A DNA stretch of 64,000 bases from Promethearchaeota archaeon (lineage in GTDB: Archaea; Asgardarchaeota; Lokiarchaeia; Sigyniarchaeales; SOKP01), in assembly GCA_011364925.1 (NCBI GenBank), contig RDOA01000002.1, forward strand, positions 96,001-160,000. Direction: 5' to 3'. Numbering within the stretch: the first letter of the stretch is position 1; each line of letters starts with the position of its first letter. A model generated the notes under the pieces. The model was given only the letters and a program-made list of their open reading frames with translations. It did not search any database and had not been told where the DNA came from. Of this stretch, positions 58,108 to 64,000 are shown in pieces. The position numbers and the translations under genes were made by a program.

Positions 58108-60288
58108 ATGTATTTATTTAAAGATAAGGATGAGGTAGAAATTACTTACACCTGTAAGTTATGTCTACGAGAAGTTCCATTCAAGGTAACCAAAGAAGAA
58201 TATCAAGCAGTAAATAAGTTTCCTATTACTAAACAATTAACCCACGGAGATCCTCCCCACAAACTTATAGTCCATTTTAATCAATACTTAGAAGTTGAGA
58301 ATTTCGAAGTAGAAGAAATACTCAAAAAAGAAGAAATATCTTATTCTAAAGAGCTTACCAGGCAAGTGCTAAGTGAAATAGACCTTACTGATCAAGAAAT
58401 TGAATTATATTTTAGGGTAACTGGTCGCGAAGCTGTTAGTATTGGTGAAATGGCTATTTTAACCGGAAATTCTAAAGCTCAATGTCAAGAAATTGCAGAT
58501 AAATTCGTTGAAAAGGGGTTATTCAAAGAGATTGTTGGAGCTCGACCTCATTACACTGCCTTACCTCCGTATGCGGCGCTTGTTAGTCAATTACAAAAAT
58601 TTCATAAGTATATTTCCGATATTAAATCTCATATCCCAGTTCAATTAAGTAAAACGTTTGCGAAACTAGAATCCGAATCGGGAAAAGTCGAAGTCCAACC
58701 GCAACCTGTTCCTACAGAATTAATGAAAGAATTGAAAGACAATATGCTTACACAAATTCGTTCTCAAAAGAAAGAATTTGATGAAACACTTGCAGTGATG
58801 GATCAAATAAGGGGGATTACGGATGATATTTCTAATCTGGAAGGGTATACTGATTCAATTATGGGCACCCAAATGGGAGATCTCAAAAAACAATTCGAAG
58901 ATATTAACGATAAAACTTCTCAGATTATCAAAGGGCAAATTACCGATTTAAAAAGCGAATTTGACAATATTAAATCGACTGTGTCTCAGAACTTACAAAA
59001 ATTGCGCCTTGGAGTAATTCAGCAATCAGTAGATCAAGTAATCGATAAAGTAATAAATGCCAAGTTGAAGGAAATATCCGATAATATAAATGTCCAATTA
59101 AGCGTGAGCCAGGTTGCATTTTCTGACGAGTTGAAAAAAGTAACTCAAGGTGTTGACCAAGAACTCATTTCAAAACTAAAAGAATCTCTGAAGAGTACAA
59201 TTAAAAATATTGATGGTTTAAGTACGAAAGCACAAGAAGATAAAGAACAGATTTATTCAGAGATAACAGAAAACTTTAATAGAGCCGTACAAATGGCTGA
59301 AGAAAAAATTGAAGGTATCTCTGGCACAACTTTTGAATCCTTAGGCACTCTAAAAAATGTCTTTTCTAACCAAATAGTTGCGACATTAGACAACACGCTC
59401 GATGACATCTTAAAGAAACTCGAAACATCAGAACAAGTCACGAGTGAATTCTGGGAACAGGCTAAAACCGGTAGATCAATTACTATGAAAGATATTTGGT
59501 TCATCAGGTCCCCTGAAGCTGCTAAAGCTCATATTAACGACGAGATCTCAAAAGCGAAAATGAGAGTTTTACTGGTAGCACCTCAAATAAGTGATATTGA
59601 TATCGATGCATTAATGGATCGCCCCTCAAGAATTAATTTTAGAATAGCAGCTAGTATAGATTTTTCAAATCCCCGACACGCGGAAATTGTTGACCAATTA
59701 GATAAAATGGATAATGTAGATTATAGACATCGCTCCTTACAAAATTTATGGGGCGTTAATAGAGATTACGAGGAAGTGATTGTGTGTGTTTTGTCAAAAG
59801 CTGAAGTACGCGGTGAAAGTATTACTGAAATTGCGGGTATAGGTAGTATTATAGAAGAACACATCAAAATTTTCGTCCCAATTCTTGAAGAAGCGTGGAT
59901 GGGTTCGAGAAAAGAAGTTGTTCACACGGTTAAATCGTCAATTGCAAAAGAAACTCCAGAAGAACCTGTTAAGTTAAAACCCGTAGTGGAAATACCAAAA
60001 ACAGCTCCTCCCACCGAACAAGTAACCCCTGCTGAAGAAGAAACATTGCTTACTAAACAATTTAATCTAATCCTTGATAATGTAGACTCACTTATGGGAG
60101 TAGAACTCTCTTCTGCTCTAGAAAAATTCCAGAGTGAATACATAAAAGAACAAGGCTATAACAGTGTTTTAAAAAACATGCATAATACGAGCACAATGTT
60201 AAAAAGCAAAACCTACGTTCTCAGTCAGTCAGAGAAAGAAGACCTTAAAATGAAAATGAATTTCTGGAAACAAAAACTTAATCTTTAA
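58108..60288 (+). CDS. TrmB-like protein: Zn-ribbon, wHTH, long helical/coiled-coil insert, PLD-like effector domain, C-terminal helical domain
   Basis: CKLC...HGDPPH; LTDQEIELY...KGLF..GARPHYTALPP; IWFIRS.EA..HI...ISKAKMRVLLVAP...RD.EEV. Confidence 0.75.
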   Translation: MYLFKDKDEVEITYTCKLCLREVPFKVTKEEYQAVNKFPITKQLTHGDPPHKLIVHFNQYLEVENFEVEEILKKEEISYSKELTRQVLSEIDLTDQEIELYFRVTGREAVSIGEMAILTGNSKAQCQEIADKFVEKGLFKEIVGARPHYTALPPYAALVSQLQKFHKYISDIKSHIPVQLSKTFAKLESESGKVEVQPQPVPTELMKELKDNMLTQIRSQKKEFDETLAVMDQIRGITDDISNLEGYTDSIMGTQMGDLKKQFEDINDKTSQIIKGQITDLKSEFDNIKSTVSQNLQKLRLGVIQQSVDQVIDKVINAKLKEISDNINVQLSVSQVAFSDELKKVTQGVDQELISKLKESLKSTIKNIDGLSTKAQEDKEQIYSEITENFNRAVQMAEEKIEGISGTTFESLGTLKNVFSNQIVATLDNTLDDILKKLETSEQVTSEFWEQAKTGRSITMKDIWFIRSPEAAKAHINDEISKAKMRVLLVAPQISDIDIDALMDRPSRINFRIAASIDFSNPRHAEIVDQLDKMDNVDYRHRSLQNLWGVNRDYEEVIVCVLSKAEVRGESITEIAGIGSIIEEHIKIFVPILEEAWMGSRKEVVHTVKSSIAKETPEEPVKLKPVVEIPKTAPPTEQVTPAEEETLLTKQFNLILDNVDSLMGVELSSALEKFQSEYIKEQGYNSVLKNMHNTSTMLKSKTYVLSQSEKEDLKMKMNFWKQKLNL

Positions 60289-60393
60289 TTAATTTTTTTA
60301 AATTTCTTTAGGATTTTCTATTTCTTTCCCCATTATTTTACAACTTTTTCTCTAAGTAACATACTTATTATTCGATTTTTTATTCTCTTAATC

Positions 60394-61389
60394 ATGGTAG
60401 AAGACTTCATTACTATTGAAACTAAACAACTCAACGATTATTTATATCACATAGATGTTCGAGCCTATGGGGCACCTCGAATGCTCTCTATTTTCGTTGC
60501 TAAGTTTGATAAATCTTCGGTATTAATCGATTGTGGTACTTCATTAGATACTAAGAAGCTGTTGAGATTCTTGAAGAAATTAAACATCAAGTTAACCTCG
60601 TTCAAGTACCTTACTACCACACACCATCATTTTGACCATAACGGAGGACTTTGGCAGCTTTACGAGCTGATAAAGAAACATAATCCTCAAGTTAAAATTT
60701 TAACAAATGAAAAGACTAAAGAGTTGCTTAATAATTACGAGGAACATTTAGCTCGTGGGAAGCGTACGTATGGAAATTTAACTGGGATCATGAAACCTAT
60801 TGAAGAGAATGCTTTTAAAATTATCTCTCCAAGTACCAACTTCAGTAATACTCCCTCCCAACTAGATTATGTTGATACATTTTCAATCAACGGTTCAGAA
60901 ATCAAGCTTGGAATCTTAAAGACTCCGGGACACACTCCAGATCATCAATGTCCTATATTCTTCAAAGACGATAACCTCGACTTTATCCAACTTGGAGAAA
61001 GCGTCGGAACCATATATCATTCTTCAGAATTAGTAACTATGCCTACATCAATGCCCACTTATTATAATCACGAGCAATACATGGCCACGTTACAAAACCT
61101 TAAAAAACTTTTTCCTTCTAAATCTGGTTTTGGTCACTTTGGAGTTGTTAACGGTAAGCAAAATTTCCAAACTCTGCTTTTAGAACACGAATCTTTCATG
61201 AAAGAGTTTAGAGAAGCAGTTATCAAGTTTTATAGTGAAAAACCAGAAACTAGATATGTGTTCGAGCACATCATGCCAATGTTAATTCCCAGAACCGATT
61301 TATCATTTGGGAATGATTCAATTTTCAACGGAATTGCTTTAGCGATCGTATATGGTATGATGATGGACTTAGGTTATCGCAAAGATTGA
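60394..61389 (+). CDS. Metallo-beta-lactamase-fold hydrolase
   Basis: LIDCG, THHHFDHNGG, TPGHTPDH, GFGHFG. Confidence 0.9.
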   Translation: MVEDFITIETKQLNDYLYHIDVRAYGAPRMLSIFVAKFDKSSVLIDCGTSLDTKKLLRFLKKLNIKLTSFKYLTTTHHHFDHNGGLWQLYELIKKHNPQVKILTNEKTKELLNNYEEHLARGKRTYGNLTGIMKPIEENAFKIISPSTNFSNTPSQLDYVDTFSINGSEIKLGILKTPGHTPDHQCPIFFKDDNLDFIQLGESVGTIYHSSELVTMPTSMPTYYNHEQYMATLQNLKKLFPSKSGFGHFGVVNGKQNFQTLLLEHESFMKEFREAVIKFYSEKPETRYVFEHIMPMLIPRTDLSFGNDSIFNGIALAIVYGMMMDLGYRKD

Positions 61390-61394
61390 TCTTA

Positions 61395-62324
61395 CTAGTT
61401 CATTACTTTAATGGCGAAAGTCTCAATCGGATCCTTTATTAATTTAGCTCGCACTGGTTTATTTATATCCCAGAGTATCATCTTATCTATGCCCAATTCT
61501 TCAAGATTGTCCATCTCTTCCTTCACATCATCTGGAAACCCTATGTATTGACTTCCAAAGACATTATATTTTACCATTAATTTATCCATTTCTTGTGGGT
61601 TGTCTAATAGAGTTATAGTACTACAATAGGAAATTTCAAACTCAGATATGTCTCTATTGTATTTTTTTAAATTTGATTTAACTTTATTGATATATTCAGG
61701 GAGTTGATCAGGTTTTACATCGTTAAAATTAATCCCATCAGCTTCTCGACATGCTATATCCATCATTCTTTTTCCTGATGTTCCAAGCACTAATTGCGGA
61801 TAAGGCTTTTGAACAGACTTAGGAAAATTACGATTTTTTTCTAATTTCCAAAATTTACCGTCAAAATCCGATTTTCTTTCTGTAAAAAGTTTCTTGTATA
61901 TTGTTAAAGATTCTTCGAGTTCATCAACCCTCTGTTTGGCAGGAGGGAATGGATACCCAAATCCTTTATACTCCGCTTCATGCCATCCTGCTCCAAGCCA
62001 AAATAGGGCTCTTCCATTTGAAATATTATCTAAAGTACACATCATTTTAGCTAAATAAGCGGGATTTCTCAAGGAGTTACATAATACTAAATGCCCTAAT
62101 TTTATTTTCGAAGTTTCTGCTGCTAATGCTGAAGTTAACATCATTGATTCTAAGTAATTATCAAGAAGATGATCATTTACATGGGCAGACTCAAAACCTA
62201 ATCGTTCTACTTTTAATGTCAGATCTCTTATTTCTGGGTAACTTGAAACTGACCTAACATGATAACCATATTTCATATTCCTAATTAGATCATTTTCTTT
62301 ATTAATCCTTTCTGAAATATCCAA
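61395..62324 (-). CDS. LLM-class (probably F420-dependent) oxidoreductase
   Basis: E.LGFES..V.DH, RNPAYLAK...LDNISNGR...LGAGW...EY, PK.VQKP.P; probable start at MKYG (62276). Confidence 0.9.
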   Translation of the reverse strand: MDISERINKENDLIRNMKYGYHVRSVSSYPEIRDLTLKVERLGFESAHVNDHLLDNYLESMMLTSALAAETSKIKLGHLVLCNSLRNPAYLAKMMCTLDNISNGRALFWLGAGWHEAEYKGFGYPFPPAKQRVDELEESLTIYKKLFTERKSDFDGKFWKLEKNRNFPKSVQKPYPQLVLGTSGKRMMDIACREADGINFNDVKPDQLPEYINKVKSNLKKYNRDISEFEISYCSTITLLDNPQEMDKLMVKYNVFGSQYIGFPDDVKEEMDNLEELGIDKMILWDINKPVRAKLIKDPIETFAIKVMN

Positions 62325-62358
62325 ACTTCTAAATATTTATTCAATTTATTCTTTACTA

Positions 62359-63561
62359 ATGAGCCTTGGTTCTGAATATTTTGATGTGTGCATTGTTGGT
62401 GCTAGTATTGCGGGCAATTATTTAGCGTTTTTATTATCTAACTCAAATCTAAAAATTGCGGTTCTCGAAGACCATTCAGAAATTGGTTTACCCTTTCAAT
62501 GTGCTGGAATCATTTCCCAAAAATTAACCCAATTAATTGAAGTACCAAAAGATATTATACTTAATCAGGTCAAAACCGCGAAAATCGTTAGCTCAGCTGG
62601 TAAATCTATCAAACTTTCAGGGGACGAACACCCTTATATCATCGATAGAATTGCTCTCGATCGTCTATACTACCATAAGGTCAAAAATAATAGAAATATC
62701 ACTTATTATCTCGGTGAAAAGTACAAATCGTTTGAATATCGCAGCGATAACGATAAAAAATATGTTTTTGTTGAAACATCCAAGCGAAACATCCAAACTA
62801 AGATGCTCATTGGCTGTGACGGTCCCCTATCCTCAGTAGGTAAGCAATTGAATGTGAAAAACAAAGTAATCTACGCTTCCCAAATTAGAATTAAGGCAGA
62901 TTTTGACGAAAGTGAAGCAGCTATGTACTTTGATCAACGATGGAAGCAGTTGTTTGGATGGATCGTGCCAGAAGGTAATCACATCTTTCGAATTGGTATC
63001 GCTGCTGCTAAAAATGTGAATTATTGTTTCAAGCGCTACTTAGAAAAATTAGATATTGATTTCGGTAACAAAATAGACCAACAAGGTGGGATAATTCCTT
63101 ATGGAATTATGAATAAAATCTCGTTTGATAATATTATGTTATTAGGAGACTCAGCTGGGCAAGTAAAAGCTACAACAGGAGGAGGTATTGTTATGTTGTT
63201 AACTGCAGCGAAGTATGCTTCCAAATGTGTGAGACTCTGCTTTGCGAATAGGAATTTTTCAAAGAAATTTATTCGAAGACATTACGAAAAACCTTGTTCG
63301 CAAACAATTGGTCGAGAATTAAAGCTTCATTTCATCATAAGGCTCATATTAGAAAACTTTAGTGCCAAAGATTTTGATTCATTCTTTAAAATAATCAAAG
63401 AGAATAAAATAGAGCATTTAATCTATTTCTATGGAGATATGGATTTTCCAAGGGCATTGGTTGTTAAATTACTGCGTAACCAGACTGTTATAAGATTCAT
63501 TTTCAACTTTCTTGTTAAAAATCCAGTAATAATCTTTAAAATCTTAAAATTACTTTTCTAA
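62359..63561 (+). CDS. Geranylgeranyl reductase-family FAD oxidoreductase
   Basis: DVCIVGASIAG, IGLPFQCAG, IGCDG..S, FGWIVP, GDSAGQVKATTGGGI. Confidence 0.9.
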   Translation: MSLGSEYFDVCIVGASIAGNYLAFLLSNSNLKIAVLEDHSEIGLPFQCAGIISQKLTQLIEVPKDIILNQVKTAKIVSSAGKSIKLSGDEHPYIIDRIALDRLYYHKVKNNRNITYYLGEKYKSFEYRSDNDKKYVFVETSKRNIQTKMLIGCDGPLSSVGKQLNVKNKVIYASQIRIKADFDESEAAMYFDQRWKQLFGWIVPEGNHIFRIGIAAAKNVNYCFKRYLEKLDIDFGNKIDQQGGIIPYGIMNKISFDNIMLLGDSAGQVKATTGGGIVMLLTAAKYASKCVRLCFANRNFSKKFIRRHYEKPCSQTIGRELKLHFIIRLILENFSAKDFDSFFKIIKENKIEHLIYFYGDMDFPRALVVKLLRNQTVIRFIFNFLVKNPVIIFKILKLLF

Positions 63562-63609
63562 ACCTAATAATTAAACTTCATATAATTTAGTAAAGAGTGT
63601 GAGATTGAA

Positions 63610-64000
63610 TTGGAGTGTAGAGAGCGAGTTTTAACTGCATTAAATTTAGAAACACCAGATAGAGTTCCTTGTCACACGATTTTTATCGATGCTAACAATG
63701 TCGATATAATATTAGGAAAACCTCAAATTTCTGATTTTGACACCGTCGAACAATTGCAAAAAGACAATCCAGAAGGGTGGAGAGACGATTTAAGTAACCT
63801 AATTGAGGCTGTTGAGACCTCAGTCTTTTCACGATGTGTCGAAGCTGCTATTGCTATTGGATTGGATACTATGCAAGTTGGATTTATCCCACTACAGGTT
63901 GTAGATATTCCTGGTGAAGAAAGACTATTAGCAAAAGATATCTTTGGTCGGGTCTGGGAGTTCAAGAATAACGAAGGGAATTTTAATCCTTATTATTTAT
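63610..64000 (+). CDS. Uroporphyrinogen decarboxylase / MtaA-CmuA family protein (5' part; runs off the window)
   Basis: Not in the ORF track; TTG start, (M)ECRERVLTALNLETPDRVP...KDIFGRVW; frame open to the window end. Confidence 0.82.
   Translation, partial: MECRERVLTALNLETPDRVPCHTIFIDANNVDIILGKPQISDFDTVEQLQKDNPEGWRDDLSNLIEAVETSVFSRCVEAAIAIGLDTMQVGFIPLQVVDIPGEERLLAKDIFGRVWEFKNNEGNFNPYYL

Noticed and set aside
63723-63965. 80-aa minus-strand ORF
   Set aside because: Antisense shadow of the URO-D-family gene starting at 63610

Overview
AT-rich, gene-dense archaeal chromosome segment, very probably from an Asgard archaeon (Lokiarchaeia-like). This assignment is inferred from five small GTPases (three Rab-like, two longin-GTPase fusions), a stand-alone longin, a gelsolin-domain protein and a V4R/Bet3-like protein, alongside archaeal housekeeping genes (PUA protein, short XPF, ADH synthase, geranylgeranyl reductase, TrmB). 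Layout: (i) 1.7-7.5 kb, a duplicated small-GTPase cassette whose copies have altered G1, G4 and G5 motifs; (ii) 7.7-14 kb, carbohydrate and acyl-CoA catabolism; (iii) 14.9-30.7 kb, an accessory region with a metal ABC importer, PadR/HAAS pair, gene scars, lipid-related enzymes, duplicated membrane-tethered regulators and katG/Fur; (iv) 30.8-44.5 kb, metabolism and repair genes plus a triplicated LMW phosphatase; (v) 44.5-60.3 kb, the best candidate for an undescribed system. There, three surface-protein genes carry four copies of one unnamed lectin-like ectodomain, each followed by a membrane anchor and a strongly conserved cytoplasmic tail ([KR][YF]Pxx[VI]RKVRK[YF][RS]KTL). They are co-oriented with a gelsolin-domain gene, a helical-repeat gene and a longin gene, and divergent from a longin-like/wHTH gene and a coiled-coil-expanded TrmB. 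I saw no rRNA, tRNA, CRISPR array or transposase. All family calls come from motif recognition by eye; no searches were run.
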